Numbered from the stretch's first letter, positions 45,474 to 60,048 are shown. The stretch: DNA of 64,000 nt from Nemertoderma westbladi (GCA_032718475.1 JAUCBJ010002426.1:1-64000); one strand, 5' to 3'. Made by a program: numbers and translations. The notes: generated by a model from the letters alone, not told the origin.

Positions 45474-46709
45474 TGTAAAAGCTTCTGTGGGATATAACTG
45501 GCCCCTTTGCTTCGCAATCCAGTTTCCCCCCAGGCGCTGGAATACTCTAAAAAGGTTCTCTAACTGTATATATATTCCCCTCGCCCGCAAGGTACCGTTA
45601 TAGGTGTTTTAACGGACATAAAAGTCATTCTGCTATATACGTGTTTTGGCGGACATGGTAAGGCAAAAAACCTGCAATGCACCAAATACCTTTCACAGCT
45701 TAGCCGTGATGATTCATATTACGACATCTAACAGCTGGTTGCTGACATGGAAACAGCCATTGGACGCATGGTTCTTTGTTTGGCTTGAGCCAATCAGAGT
45801 GATTTTTTCTGTCGACGTGTAGCTTTTCGGCCGATCATACTGAGAGTGTTCAGTCTTACTGTTTTTCTTGATATAGTTTTGTTGTTGCTATCTAGGCCAG
45901 GAACAACGGCTCTAGAGTCAATTCGTTTTCAGACTTTAGAAGAAACATTAGTAGGCTTAAGATTATAGAGCGTATAACTGTTATCGGTCCATATCAGTAC
46001 ATTGTCATATCATATCTTAACCTACCGTCTTAATGATTTGCTGTTGTTTGGTTGAATATTATTTGGAGAACATTTATAAAGAACCCAAATTTCCCAATTT
46101 TCTTGATACACTACAGGTTAGAGAGAAGGGTTATATATAGCGATTGCGACTTATATTATTGTGTTTGTAGTGAATTTAATGCTATTTGATAAGCACTACA
46201 TGGTTCGTTGCTGTTCTCTTTATATATGATAAAATTCATTGACGGTCGGCAAATTAGTGAGCAGTATTGTGTGTTACCGGTAGTGTGCTTGATTGTGACT
46301 GATAACTAAGCATTTCCTAAAGAATGCGCCTCATACGTGAATCATAAGCCTTACCGACTTACCGTTGTGATTAGTATAAGTCATATCTCTGTTTACCTAG
46401 ATAGAGCGCCACGTCCTAAAGGAACTGTTAATATTTCCCGAAAGTGAATAATATTAGTCAGAAATTATTTATTAACGATCAATCGAATAATACAATACAG
46501 TAAGCTTACACTGCAATAATAATCTAAGCCCTCAGAATCCAGTCTCCCGGGTATATCCAGCGGGTGAATGGACGCGCACTAGGCTGGCTTCTGCTAATGT
46601 TGTGTTTATTGGTATTAAATATTTGTCATCTTCTAAAGTCTATTTATAAACCAAAAGACATATAAATTTTGGCAGGTTAAACTGCTAAAGGTCTTCAAAA
46701 GCGCGTACA
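45474..46709 (+). repeat. E2 3' LTR
   Basis: Preceded by PPT GGGAGCGG; followed by TSD GTCAT. Confidence 0.95.
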
Positions 46710-48530
46710 GTCATTTCGGCACTTCTGGATTTTGTTGTCAGTCCAGGAGGCCCTTTTCCTGTTTCGAGGGTATACAGGAACTGTTTCTGCAGCTGCTAAC
46801 TTAATTGCTTCTGTGAAGGCAGTATAGCCCTCACAGTGATCTGCCGCCTCAGAGGCAAGAACCTCATATCTGTTGCTCAGCTGTAGTGTGAAGCTGGATC
46901 TCACACTTGGCTGTTGCAACAGAGAGGACCAGTCATGCCGCGGCAAGGCAGATTTCGTTGTTCTGCTAGCACGCAGACTAAGTCTTACCTTGGCCACAAT
47001 AAGGCGGTGATCACTGGAGAAGGGACGAAGTGTAAATGCATTACAGTCTTCTTTAGAGCTCCTGTACTTCCTACGAAACAGAATATGGTCTATCTGGGAC
47101 TTGTGACCACTGGGTCCACTATGAGTCCATAGCTTTCCAGTTCGCTTCTTGAACTGGGTTCCAGCCGAAATCAATCCATTTCCAGAGATAAAATCCTGAA
47201 GATGGACGGAATTTCGGTTGACACTATTGCTATAGACCCAGGGCGATGTAGGTGATTGATGCAGACTTGCATTAAAGTCTCCCAGGAATGTTAAGAATGC
47301 ATGCTGATCCACGCCCTCAGTAGCTGCTTGTAGATTTTGGTAGAAATTTTCCACCTCCTCTACAGGGGCAACACTAGTTGGAGAGTAGCACACAATCAGA
47401 AACACCTTAGGAAACTTCTTAGCCAGTCTTCCAGAACATGAGAAGTGGCAACGGATGATGCGGTTAGAGATTTGGTCTATTTTGTCCAATGCTGCATGTG
47501 CATTTGGATTCATCAATAGACCAATACCACCATTGCCAATATCATCTGCTGATGCAAAGGCGAGTCGCCAACCGCCCCCGATGTCCTTAATCAGAACCTC
47601 ATCAGTCTGTCCAGTCTGCATTCGGTGCTCTTGAACACCCACTGCGCTAAGAGAAAGCTTATCTGCCAAGGCAGTCAGCTCACCTTGTCGCATTGGGGAC
47701 CCGAGTGTTAGGGTGTTTACTGAGACTAGTCTAGTGACTTGCCTCAGATTCACCAATGGCTTTGTTGGTCGGGGTGGAACATGAGAGTAGCCTCCAACTC
47801 CAGAATCCCTCTCCCCCTCACAATCTGGCCTCCCTGGTGACCCAGGGTTCGGGCCAGAAAGGTCATCAGGAAAGGGACTCAAAGAATTGTTGGCTTCTCT
47901 CTCTCCAGTAGGGGGTGAGACAGGCAGCCAGTCAGGAGATAACTGACGCCTGTGAGGCCGATTGTGTCCGGTAATCCCCGGACCTCCGCATTACTAATGT
48001 AATCCATAGTGGGGGGTTGGAGGGTGCTTTTTGCCGAGTCAGGTCTCGGGGCAAATACCACACCCTGGTTTGCCGTTCCACAGGGTGGGTGTCGCAGTGG
48101 AGTCAGATAAGAGGCCCATCACCCATATCTACTCTGGCGCACATGACCCACCATTGGCTGTGCAGCTCATCTGCTGGGTCATGCCCTGTACCCCTGCTGC
48201 CAGGTGCAGGTCGCAGTGAAGTGTACTCAGAGTGGACATGAGAACACTCTACTCCTGACCAGCCATTGGTAGATCACCATCTGCCTGGCCAGGCCATATA
48301 CTCCTGCAGCCAAGTATATGGGTCCTTAATCCAGGACCAACGGCGTCCTTATCCCAGAACGATGGGGGTCCTAGTTACAGGACCAGATTTGCCCTAGTAA
48401 GAGGGTCTATGAAGCTACAGGTGGCACCTCCTTTATGCTGCATGGAGGTGGCAGGTTTTCTTGATCAATGACCTAGAATACCTGACCTGACCACTGTTGT
48501 CGGATTGTACGAGTCGAGGATATGTACAGT
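46710..48530 (-). mobile_element. RTE-like LINE, 5' part: APE endonuclease and structured 5' region
   Basis: SVNTLTL, GVQEHR, GGIGLL, YSPT, LGDFNA, QIDHIL, SDHRL; continues across TSD GTCAT into 26882; 5' boundary approximate. Confidence 0.85.
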
Positions 48531-50047
48531 AGTAGACCCCAGAGGTATAGTGTCATAAATAAGAATGGTTGGTTTGACTTAGGATGTGTATTAATGTTCT
48601 GATATTCTCTAGTTAACTACTGTACTACCTCACCAATAGAGTTATTGTAAGTACGTTGAGAATAACGTTAACACCAATAATGATAATCTAACATCCTCTC
48701 TCTATATTACATTATCATTATTGGTGTATAAAATTACCTGTTTGTTTCGGCTAAGATAATGAAACATTTTAATAACAGTCAAAAAGTTATGACAATAATG
48801 ATGGAATTGTCAATAAAATTGATGCCCTGGCTATACTGTACGCTTGGTTCTGGTACACTGGATGCTGACTAGTAAGGGAAATATTTAAAAGTAATATTTA
48901 TAAAATTATTACACTCCGTATCATAAAAATTTGACAAAATAAGAAAGGAACGACAGTAACCGAATGGTCAGCTAGAAATCCAATATTGTCATTGATGAAT
49001 CGGAGATGATTCAGCAGTCATTGTTAAAATCTGATGTATAATAATGCTAAGTTAACGTTAATAATAAAATTAACGTTAAATCAACGTTAAAAAATGTGGT
49101 ATTGTCAGATTTTTGTAAATTGTTGTTGGAGTATAATTACTGTAAAAAATTTACGTTAAAAATTAACATTAAAGAAAAGTTAAAAAATATGGTATTGTCT
49201 GAAAAAAAATAACGTTAAATAATTACATAATTCTAACGTATTTTAACGTCGGTTTATGGTTAAATACAAACTGTCAATTTTTAACGAATGCCTGACATAA
49301 ACACAACGTTAGATTAACGTTGGTGCATGACCTACTATAGATACGACCCGCCAAGCCGCTGCAAAGCCCCTAAATTTAGTGTGCCAGTTATTTCTCTTAG
49401 ATAAAACCCCTGAAACAATAGGTCTAGCACGTCGAAAGTACTTGTCCCTAACTAAAATTATGTCCTCCTTCAGATGAGACAAATAAAAATTTAATAGCTC
49501 CAGTAGTCTTCGAGATATGAGGAGTTCCTGGCACCCATACCATATCACCACTTTTCGGAAATGATAAAATTACTCCAAATACAAGCATCACCCTTCAAGA
49601 CTTCGGTATATCATTAAACCATATGATGCTTTTTTGGTTAGTCGAATTAATTATTAGTAATCGAAAGCGAAATTAGAATAAAATCTTCATTGTTTATTTT
49701 ATAATAGACACTAAAAGAGCACCAAAATTACAAGTAGCTCGAAATTTTCAAATAGCCAAAAGTGGTAATTTGGCCGTATAGTTTGGCTTCTGAGGTTTTA
49801 TAATGTGCTGATTTTCATTGGCAAGGTTTATAAAATTGAGGTATTTTCAAAAATGAAGGAGAGTAAAATTAGTTATTTATCTGATGTAGAGATGAAGCTA
49901 CTGCTAGACTTGGGGTTGGAGAGTCCGGTTATTCTTTAAGAATCATCATGCTAGGTTTATTCTTCTGCCTAAACCAGCGGGACTCCTATCTGAACTCCCC
50001 CGAAGACATATCGGCCCTTTCGGAGGATCTCAAGTAAGACAATATGC

Positions 50048-50800
50048 GTGGCCACCTTAACAGTGTTCGTTCTTACTATCTTGAATTTAATAGACAATTT
50101 TAATGTTACAAAATTAATTAACAAATTTAATAGTTGCTCGGTGGGCAGCAGAAAACGGTTTACAAGTAAACCTTACGAAAACCAAGATTATGAAATTTCG
50201 CCGTGGTGGACGTTTATGTACTACCTTAAGAAAGTATGTTGTCTACACAAATCTACCTCAAATCGTCTCGTCACAGCTATCTGCAACGAAAACACCTTGA
50301 TATCTGAATTTGTTCAGCTCCTAAATCTACCTCACACACCCGTATACAAGCAATACCTGATTCTCATAAACGGAAAAATACAAGAGATTAATCCCCAATT
50401 TTGGAACTCACTGGCATTTACAAACCCCAGATGGCAGGACCCAAACTACACCAACCGACATATAATAACCCGCTTCAGCACTAACGGCTTCCACTACAAG
50501 ATTTGCACTAACTCGAGTTACCATGAGGCGCAAGACAGCTGTATATGTTCACTGTGCGGGGGGGGCGGCCACATTATACCATCTGCTCGAATGCCCTGCA
50601 AATCTCCGACCTTTGTGTTCCTGGGCAAGGTCCTAACTCTTCAAATAATTTTACCGTTTATTTATTTATTAAAGTAATTATGTTTTTATTGTAAATTTGA
50701 ATTTGATCTAATTTTAATTAATGACCATATCGCCTATTTGCCAGTATTTGGCGTAATAATAAATAATAAATAAATTATTATTACAATAAATAATAAATAG
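50048..50800 (+). mobile_element. 3' fragment of a non-LTR retrotransposon
   Basis: ITRF...CICSLCG C-terminal Cys motif followed by an (AATAA)n-like tail at ~50755-50800. Confidence 0.55.
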
Positions 50801-51689
50801 ACAAAGGTGATTGATACATAATAGATATGCTGAGGTAAATTAATAATATTACGACTTCAATATAATGATATTAATTGATATTGAGATGATATTGAGAACT
50901 GATATTATTTAGGGAAATTATTATTAACTATCCTGGAATATAGTGTCGATTCATGATTTGAGGAAGTGATACTTTATTTTACTCTACTCTACTCTACTAT
51001 GTGTTTATGTGTTTGATGCGGAATTAAGAGATTCATATTCAGTCGGGGATATTTATCCTGAGTTACCGGTACGTTTAACACTACCGGTATCTGCTATCTG
51101 GCCCGGGCTATATTACTACAGAACTTAATTGGCCCGTGGGGGGGAGGGGGGTGGATACTTTATAAATTTTTTATATCTTGGCTCAAAAATTACAATTTTG
51201 ATGGTATAAGGGATTTCGAGGACGCTGATCACGATAAAACAGGTCAAACTTTCTGGAAAATTTAAATTTTCTGGCAATGCATCAATCATTTTTGGTGCTA
51301 GTTTGGACCACCAGGACGAAAAGTAAAAGTAAACAACTGTCAAACTAAAAACTTTTGTGTTTGGTTTGATAATTCTAAACGTATACGGGTTTTCGAGGTA
51401 GCTGATCGCGATGAAAGTGGTTATAAATATTTCTGGTATGTGCAAATCCAATTTTGGTGCCATTTTGGTGCTCCAAAACGAAAAGTACAATAGTAAAAAT
51501 TTGAAACTGTTAAATTTTGCCTTTTGTTTGGCCTATACTGGTTTTCAAAGCCGCTGATAACGATACAACTCGTTAAAAATAGTTCGTGGTAACGAAATTA
51601 TTGTTTTTCGTGTTTGTCTGGTGGGACGAAAAATGCAAGTAGCATAAAATTTCAAAGGGAAAAAATCAAATTCGGTTGGATGGATAATA

Positions 51690-52140
51690 CGATATTTATG
51701 AGTGTCATATTCGTGATCAGCATCCCAAAAAAACCCCAAATGTTATAAAATCAGGTTGATTTGGTAATTATTTTTCATTATTAAATTTGTGCTACTTGTA
51801 TTTTTCGTGCCGCACATTGACGCGTATCTAAAAAAAAGCCGTAATCAACAAGGTACGATATTTTTCAGTGTCATATTCGTGATCAGCATCCCAAAAAACC
51901 CCAAATGTTAGAAAATCAGGTTGATCTGGTAATGATTTTTCATTATGAAATTTGTGCTACTTGTATTTTTCGTGCTGCACATTTACACGTATCCAAAAAG
52001 CCGTAATCAACAAGGTGCGATATTTTCAAATGTCATATTCGTGATCAGCATCCCCAAAAAAACCACATGGTCATAAAATCAATTTGTTTTCGTGGTGATT
52101 TTTTATTATCATATTTCCACTACTTGTTTTTTTCGCGCTC
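51690..52140. repeat. ~165-bp tandem sub-repeats (about 3 copies)
   Basis: gtcatattcgtgatcagcatc at 51704, 51870 and 52032; inverted related motifs at ~51215 and ~51390. Confidence 0.75.
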
Positions 52141-52628
52141 CAGGGGCACAAATAACTGACTAATAACTAATATAACAACATGCCTTGCCTATGCTGTTAT
52201 ATTACACAACTCTTCGATATGTTTGATGTTGAGGAATAAACCTTCCCAATGAAATCATCACATTCTAAAACCTCAGTAGCCAAACTGTATGGCCAATTTA
52301 CCACGTTTGAAAAAAGTGATACTTGCACTTTTGGTGCTCTTTTAGTTTATATTGATAAAAAAATGAAAATTTTGCTTCTAATCTTACTTTCGATTACTAA
52401 TAATGAATTCAACAAAACAAAAAAGCTTAGAATGGTTTCATGGTTATACCAAAGAGTCTTTGAAGGGTGATGTATTTTGTGTAATTTTATCAATTCCGAA
52501 AGGTTCCGAAATGGTATGGGTGTCAGGAACTCCTCATACAGTATCTCGAAAACTACTGGAGCTATTAACTTTTTAAAAAGTTGAAACGGATATATTTCAA
52601 TGTATGGGAAATAAGTATTTAATAATAA

Positions 52629-53749
52629 TTGATTATATTTCCCGCAATGCTTAAAAATATACAAGAAAAGACAGTCGTGGCAGCAATGCAGAGTGCATTT
52701 GCTAGACATGGAATTCCAGAAGTTGTTGTTTCCGATAATGGGTCCCAATATTATACGTCGTGCTCATTTGACAAATTTGCTAGGCAGTATGGGTTCTACC
52801 ACTCTACATCGTCTCCAAAGTACGCTCAGGCAAATGGAGCAGAACGTTCAGTAGAAACAGTTAAGAACATATTAAGAAGGTCACACGAGCAGGATGTTAA
52901 TTTAGCACTTATGTCATATTGGTCAACTCCTTCGGCAAATGGATATAGCCCAGCAGCACTCATGTTTGGGAGGCAAATAAGAACTACATACATTGCCGCA
53001 GATTCCCAGTACTTCAACTGTTGATCATCAGAAGCTTCAACGTTACGAATTAGAGAATAGAATCAATAGCAAAATTAATTACGATCGTCGTCATGGGTGT
53101 AAGGAAGAGAAACTTGTTAAGGAAGGAGATAAAGTGTGGATAAATGATAAGGGTGAATACAATACGGTGTAGTAATGAAAGAAGCAGTTACACCACGGTC
53201 ACTTCTCGTGATGACACACAGATGATGGTAGATCATTCCGTCGAAATCAGCGCCATATCGTTGTAGTTCCACCAAATCTTACAGGAAGAGGAGACATAGT
53301 TAGCGATCATGAGGGACATCATTCTGATGAATGTTCACTAGGATCAGAGAGAGCACAGGGGAGTGGGAACAGATAAGAGAGTAATGATGGTGAACATGAA
53401 CATACTACAGTACTAGATCGGGGCGAGTTTCGAGAAAGCCAAATAGACTCGGTTATTAAATAAACATTTATGTCATAGAGAGATGTAGTGTTATTTGATT
53501 TATTGATTAGGACTAGACTTGTATTACATGCATGCGGTGAAAGGGAGATGTAGTGTTATTTAATTGATTGTAACTTATTAGTAGGTGCTGTATAATACTT
53601 ATTGTACGATAGCGATAATATGCATATGGACTAACAGCTGTCATTTATACTGGTGAAGGGATGCTATCTATATATGGTAACGACAATGTAAATAGATCAG
53701 CTCATTATTATTTATTAGCTAAATAACATTGTTTTATACCAACATAACA
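52629..53749 (+). mobile_element. Ty3/Gypsy 3' fragment: degenerate integrase, PPT and 3' LTR (53549-53749)
   Basis: FARHGIPEVVVSDNG, SSPKYAQANG.AER.V.TVK, GYSPA.LMFGR; PPT aaagggaga; LTR ends TGTAGTGTT...AACATAACA. Confidence 0.8.
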
Positions 53750-54099
53750 GAAACTATGACGGACGGAACAATTATTCCAAGTTAATCCAATGACGGATGG
53801 AATAATTATTCGGATGATAGAAGAAATTATTCCAACGGACGAGGAAATAGTTACAACGATAGGAGAAGTTACTCAAATAATAGACGACAGTAGATGAGAT
53901 AACGTAGGTAGTAACAATTTTTCTAACCAAGAAAATTACAGAGACAAAAATAGAGATGATAATAAATGGATACAGAGTACGACAGCCGGAAGTTAATAAA
54001 TGGGAGAAGTAAACCAGACGATGAACCGAAATACAAGAGTCAAAGGCGGGGTAACAAGAGTGGGTACATGTATGTCGGCAACAAAGATACGTATATAAT

Positions 54100-54456
54100 T
54101 AAAAATAGTACCAGTATTGGTGACATCTGAAACCAATAAGAGAGGATATTACTACATTCACACTACTGGATGAAGGAGCGTCATCGACATTGATTTTGGA
54201 GAGGATATATAGGAGGGTTAAACAGGAAGGAGACGATTTTATAATGAACTTAACGATGGTAGGAAACCAGATAGAGAAAGTACAATCTAAGCTGGTGGAC
54301 GTTACTATCTCGGAAGTAGAGGGCAGAGGTAAATTCAGCATAGAGGCAAAGAAAACAGCCACAATGGACCAACTGGGAATAAGTAAAGCTCACAGCCAAT
54401 CAAGTTTGTTTAAAGTCGTTCGAACGAGTTTGCAAAAGTCGGGGAAACAAACTTGA
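54100..54456 (+). pseudogene. Retropepsin-like protease remnant of an LTR element
   Basis: FTLLDEGASSTLIL at ~54157-54198, in frame with ORF 54190-54456. Confidence 0.5.
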
Positions 54457-55095
54457 TTGGGTGTTTGTTGGTATAGAAAGCACTCCAGCCAATTATATTT
54501 GTTTCCCCGAGTGTTGTAAGTCGACCGAACGTGTTTACAAAATTTGGGGGAACAAAAAAAGATTACAAAAATTGGCCGCTCCGGGGCCACCATAGTAAAT
54601 CCTATATATAATTTATCGCAGTATTAACAGGAGAAGAAACTGATAGTACAGTAGCAGCGGGGGTACAACGGACTAGCTACCCGCGCCGGTACATTAGTTA
54701 CTGCCGACGGGACGTTAAATATAGGAGAGTAATGATCCTCGCGTACATGGGACAACGACTGCGTTACTATTTTATTTGTTTAGAGTAACGCAGAACTACG
54801 GCTAATTTACAGCCACAAGTAAACACAAGTTTTTTAGAGCCAAGGGGAAAATTAATTTCAGAGAGGGGAGATAGTAACTATTTAAAGTTACGGGAAGAAT
54901 TAATTGACATCTGATGATTAATATGGCTAACATAGTACGTTAGCGAGAGTTGAATCAAAGTGAATTCAACTGCAAGACTAAATTATATTAAGCAATAAAT
55001 AAAAAAATTATTTGAACAGAAGTTGATTTAATGATAAAGGACATTTTATGTATGTAGGCCTACACCTATACTGCAGTGAATGAATGCTTACATAG

Positions 55096-55397
55096 GGCCG
55101 ATGTTAGGACAATTGCGACCCGGACAATTGCGACCCATGATTTTGGGAAAATGTCTGGGTCGCAATTGACCGGGTCGCAATTGACCGGGTCGCAATTGTC
55201 CGGGTCGCAATTGTCCGGATACAGCTAAAAAGATGTAATGTATATCATTGACAAATATCATTGTATCATTGTATATCACTGACAATTGCGACCCATAATT
55301 TTTATTTAAAAACATGGGTCGCAATTGACCGGGTCGCAATTGTCCGGGTCGCAATTGTCCGGGTCGCAAATGTCCGGGTCGCAATTGTCCGGGCTCC
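55096..55397. mobile_element. MITE with 15-bp subterminal repeats (MULE/Phantom-like)
   Basis: ccgggtcgcaattgt units in both orientations; GG...CC ends flanked by CATAG on both sides. Confidence 0.55.
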
Positions 55398-55455
55398 CAT
55401 AGGACCAATGATAATATGTTTGGAGACAGATTAATTATGGTAAATTGCCAAGAAC

Positions 55456-58400
55456 GTCCTGGAATATAGTGTCGTTATTCAGGCACTATTTGTATCCACC
55501 CCCCCCCCCCCCAAAAAAAAAAAATTTTTACAAATCTAAATGAGATTGCATGACATTTGAAACAGAGATAATTTCACCTCCCTCCCCTCCTCCTTGCTGG
55601 GTGAGCCAGAATTTTTATTTTCGCTTTCATTATTTAGCTACAAGCGTTTGAAAAAGGTATCTCCGTCGATATTGCACCAGTTACACCGCAGTTATTCTTC
55701 AAACATTTAGTGATTTGTTAGTACTAGTGGAAACCTGACCGTGCAAGGATTCCAAATATGTAAAAATATTTGAATTTGGTTGGGGAATAGCTGAGATCCA
55801 CGAATCTAAGGAAAATCAACTACTTTCGCTAAGAAAGATTTTCCTTAGCTGAGATGGTCTATTCATAGTGGGCTATTTTACTTGTATGGGGCAGATTTGG
55901 GGTTTTTTGGTCGGGGAAAAAACTAGCCTTTAAAAGTACCCTGAAATTTTGCATGTATGTACTACTCATTGAGGCGCGTCGTGTGGGATGGGTCTCATAT
56001 TCAGGAAAAATCTGGTTTCCATGGCAACGGACTTAGAAAAAAGTCTATGTATTTCAAGTCAATATTTATAACTCTATTTGTAGAAAAACTATAATACATA
56101 TAAACTTGGGATTTCTCAACTCAACTATAAGGTCCATAGCAGAGCCGATTGAGGTTCAATAGAAAATTCAGTTGCCTTGGCAACCGGGCTAGACAGATGT
56201 TAAAATTTACAAAATGTTAATTTGAAGCCTAAGGAGAAGGTGTTATGTCTTGGGACCAACCCCTACCCCCACTATATGACTTATTCTGCGTCCGAATTTC
56301 ATTGTTTAATTTTGCAGTTACCATGACAACCGCTGAAAACAGAAGTTTTTATACAAATATAACTCATTTGGACATAGACTTCGCGATAAAATTTTACGAA
56401 ATTGGATATGTGTTATCTGGACCACTAGTTGGAACTTTTAGTGAAACCTAAAACATTCCAGAAATATCTTGTTACCATGGTAACTGGAGTTTATTAAAGT
56501 CGATATCATTCAAGTCTAAATTCAATACTCTATTTACAGCAAAATAATGTAATAAATATAAATTTGGGGTTTTGCAACTCATCTGTAAGGTCCATATACA
56601 ATCCATTCGAGGTTAATTACACAATCCAGTTACCATAGCAACAAGACTAAACAGATGTTAAAATTTATAAAATGATAATTTGAAGCACAAGTTAATAGTA
56701 TAATGACTTGGGACCAACACCTACCCCCACTATACGACTTATTCTGCATCCGAATTACATTGTTCTATTTTCAGTTTCCATGACAACCACTGCAAACAGA
56801 TGCATTTTGTGCATTTTTTGACCAAACTTCTCAATCTTAATAAACCTATGACATACCACATATTTAATTAACAAGTTTGGTTTAATTTCATTATTGATTG
56901 ATTGACTTATTTCGGATAAAATTATCAAAAGTCTGATACTACTGGTACAGACTGACAGTGTCTAATTTTTGACCAAACTTATTATTATTATTATTATTTA
57001 ATATTAATAATAATAATTTAATATTAACTTATTATTATATTTAACGAGTTTGGTTTAATTTCATCAAGGAATGGCCGAGTTATTAGCGATCAAAAATTAG
57101 ACGATGACATACAATTCATCGTCCCTTTGCTAAGGCTTCGCACAATTCGTTGCTCGGCCCACATTATTTCTTATTAAACAGCAATATGACTAGTGAGCAA
57201 GGCAATAGTTGTTGCCACTACGACTTGCGTTAAGCAGTCAGTGGCAGGAATACAATTCCTTTCTAAAATGAGTGATCTTGGAGCCATTATGCGAAATTAA
57301 CTATTTAACATATATAACTATATAACAATTTGGTTTGTTGCTTAGTCTAGTCTAGTAGCATTTGCCAATAAATAACTTACTGTATTTCCATGGGAATATA
57401 AGTTATTTATTGGCAAATGCTACTAGACTAGACTAAGCAACAAACCAAATTGTGGCCCTTTGTTTAATTTTCCTTAGCTTCGTGGTTGCATTTCCTTTAG
57501 GAAATGCCTTTCTAGTATGGGCATTCGAATTTTACATGTATTTGCTTCCGCTGCAGGCCATTTATTCTATTATTAAATACACAACGTTCTAGAACATTTT
57601 GTTTATCTCATAAGTAGCTTGGCACCAATGCAATGCCTACATGATCCACGAAGCTAAGGAAAATCAACTACTTTCGCTAAGAAAGATTTTCCTTAGCTGA
57701 GATGGTCTATTCATAGTGGGCTATTTTACTTGTATGGAGCAGATTTAGTGTTTTTTGGTCGGGGAAAAAACTAGCCTTTAAAAGTACCCTGAAATTTTGC
57801 ATGTATATACTACTCATCAAGGCGCGTCGTGTGGGATGGGTCTCATATCCAGGAAAAATCTGGTTTCCATGGCAACGGACTTAGAAAAAAGTCTATGTAT
57901 TTCAAGTCAATATTTGTAACTCTATTTGTAGAAAAACTATAATAGATATAAACTTGGGGTTCCTCAATTCAACTATAAGGTCCATAGCTGAGCCGATTGA
58001 GGTTAAATAGAAAATCCAGTTACCTTGGCAACCGGGCTAAACAGATGTTAAAATTTATAAAATGTTAATTTGAAGCCTAAGGTTAAGGTGTTATGTCTTG
58101 GGACCAACCCCTACCCCCACTATATGACTTATTCTGCGTCCGAATTTCATTGTTTAATTTTGCAGTTACCATGACAACCGCTGAAAACAGATGTTTTTAT
58201 ACAAAAATAACTCATTTGGACATAGACTTCGCGATAAAATTTTACGAAACTGGGAATGTGTTATCTGGACCATTAGTTGGAACTTTTAGTGAAACTGAAA
58301 ACGTTCCAGAAATATCTTGTTACCATGGTACCTGGAGTTTATTAAAGTCTATATCATTCAAGTCTAAATTCAATACTCTATTTGTAGCAAAATAATGTAA

Positions 58401-59496
58401 TAAATATAAATTTGGGGTTTTGCAACTCATCTGTAAGGTCCATATACAATCCATTCGAGGTTAATTACACAATCCAATTACCATAGCAACAAGACTAAAC
58501 AGATGTTAAAATTTCTAAAATGATAATTTTAAACACAAGTTAATAGTATTATGACTTGGGACCAAGACCTACCCCCACTATATGACTTATTCTGCATCCG
58601 AATTACATTGTTCTATTTTTCAGTTTCCATGACAACCACTGCAAACAGATGCATTTTGATAGAAAATCGGTAATTTGGGCATAAACTACAATAATTTCTG
58701 AAACTCGGTATATGTGTCATCTGAACCACAATCTGGACTGAATCTTTTTTCAAAGGTAAAACCAACAGTTCCAGAGAATTCTAGTTTCCATGGGAATATA
58801 AGTTATTTATTGGCAAATGCTACTAAACTAGGCTAAGCAACAAACCAAATTGTGGCCCTTTGTTTAATTTTCCTTAGCTTCGTGGTTGCATTTCCTTTAG
58901 GAAATGCCTTTCTAGTAATACAATATAGTATCATGAAACTAAATCAATTAGCACAATAATTAATTAGTAAGGACGCCAGACAATAACATTTCACCAAAGT
59001 TCCACTCAACAGTTTCTCCACCGCCGTTCACCGCCGCTCACCACCGCCGTTCTACATGATAATACTAGTATATGGATATTCATACATAATCAAAATGTTC
59101 TAGAACATTGTGTATTTATTAATAGAATAAATGGCCTGCAGCGGAAGCAAATACATGCAAAATTCGAATGCCCATATCTCAGCTATTTCCCAACCAAATT
59201 CAAATATTTTTACACATTTGGAATCCTTGCACGGTCAGCTTTCCACTAGTACCAACAAATCACTAAATGTTTGAAGAATAACTGCGGTGTAACTGGTGCA
59301 ATATCGACGGAGACACCTTTTTCAAACGCTTGTAGCTAAAGAATGAAAGCGAAAATAAAAATTCTGGCTCACCCAGCAAGTAGGAGGGAGGTGAAACTGA
59401 TCTCTGTTTCAAATTTCATGCAATCTCATTAAGATTTGTAGAAAAATTTTGGGGGGGGGGGGCAGGTACCTGAATATCGACACTATATTCCAGGAC
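55456..59496. mobile_element. ~4-kb non-coding composite element with ~330-bp terminal inverted repeats and internal duplications
   Basis: 55456-55796 is inverted at 59176-59496; ~1-kb direct duplication 55795-56807 / 57643-58657; 55-bp hairpin arms 57325-57379 / 57399-57453. Confidence 0.7.
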
Positions 59497-60048
59497 ATGG
59501 TGTACAGTGTATTGAGTGAAGACAGCTTATGTTTCGATGGAGACAGCTGAGTGATTGTATGTGTGTTAAATAACGCAATAATTTTTATTGTCCGTTTAAA
59601 TCCTTTTTTTGTCCTTTTTTTTTTATTTTTTATGTCCTCCAAAAGTCTAATGTTAGGTTCCATGCTACCGGTTTCTCTACTGCTGTTCTCTCAGGCTATC
59701 AGTACCGGTATTAGTATATATAGCACTATTTTGCTGTATTGTATGTACAGATGTAGGTATAAAGCAGGTATTTCTGTATTTTAGTACCGGCACCGGTACT
59801 GCTATAGGCCTACTGTGTAGCCTACCATTTAAATACGGTAATGGTAGGCCTACTGTGTAGCCTACCATTTAAATACGGTAATGGTAGGCCTACCGGTTGT
59901 GCTAATAAATTTTAAATAATTGATAGGCCAAACTGGATTGCAGGATTGTGGAAAATGTGGATATACCTTTCACATAATTTAGGCCTATTACTGTATTAGT
60001 TTTATAATCAATAATGGATCATGACTACTGTCTGAGTAGTGTTACGGA

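Larger units (their letters stand above)
26883..46709 (+). mobile_element. BEL/Pao LTR retrotransposon E2, non-autonomous relative of E1
   Basis: Two 1236-bp LTRs, TSD GTCAT at 26878-26882 and 46710-46714; colinear with E1 apart from large deletions. Confidence 0.95.
49460..52590. repeat. Diverged inverted pair of repeat copies (~49460-49810 and ~52255-52590) of an old DNA-type element
   Basis: gagttcctggcacccataccat / atggtatgggtgtcaggaactc and cactaaaagagcaccaaa / tttggtgctcttttagt. Confidence 0.6.

Noticed and set aside
55088-55408. PGQLR-repeat protein
   Set aside because: Translation of a 15-bp DNA repeat present in both orientations in a MITE
56245-58395. Duplicated ORFs MSWDQPLPP... 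as genes
   Set aside because: They lie in a repeat duplication, differ in stop position and have no recognisable domain
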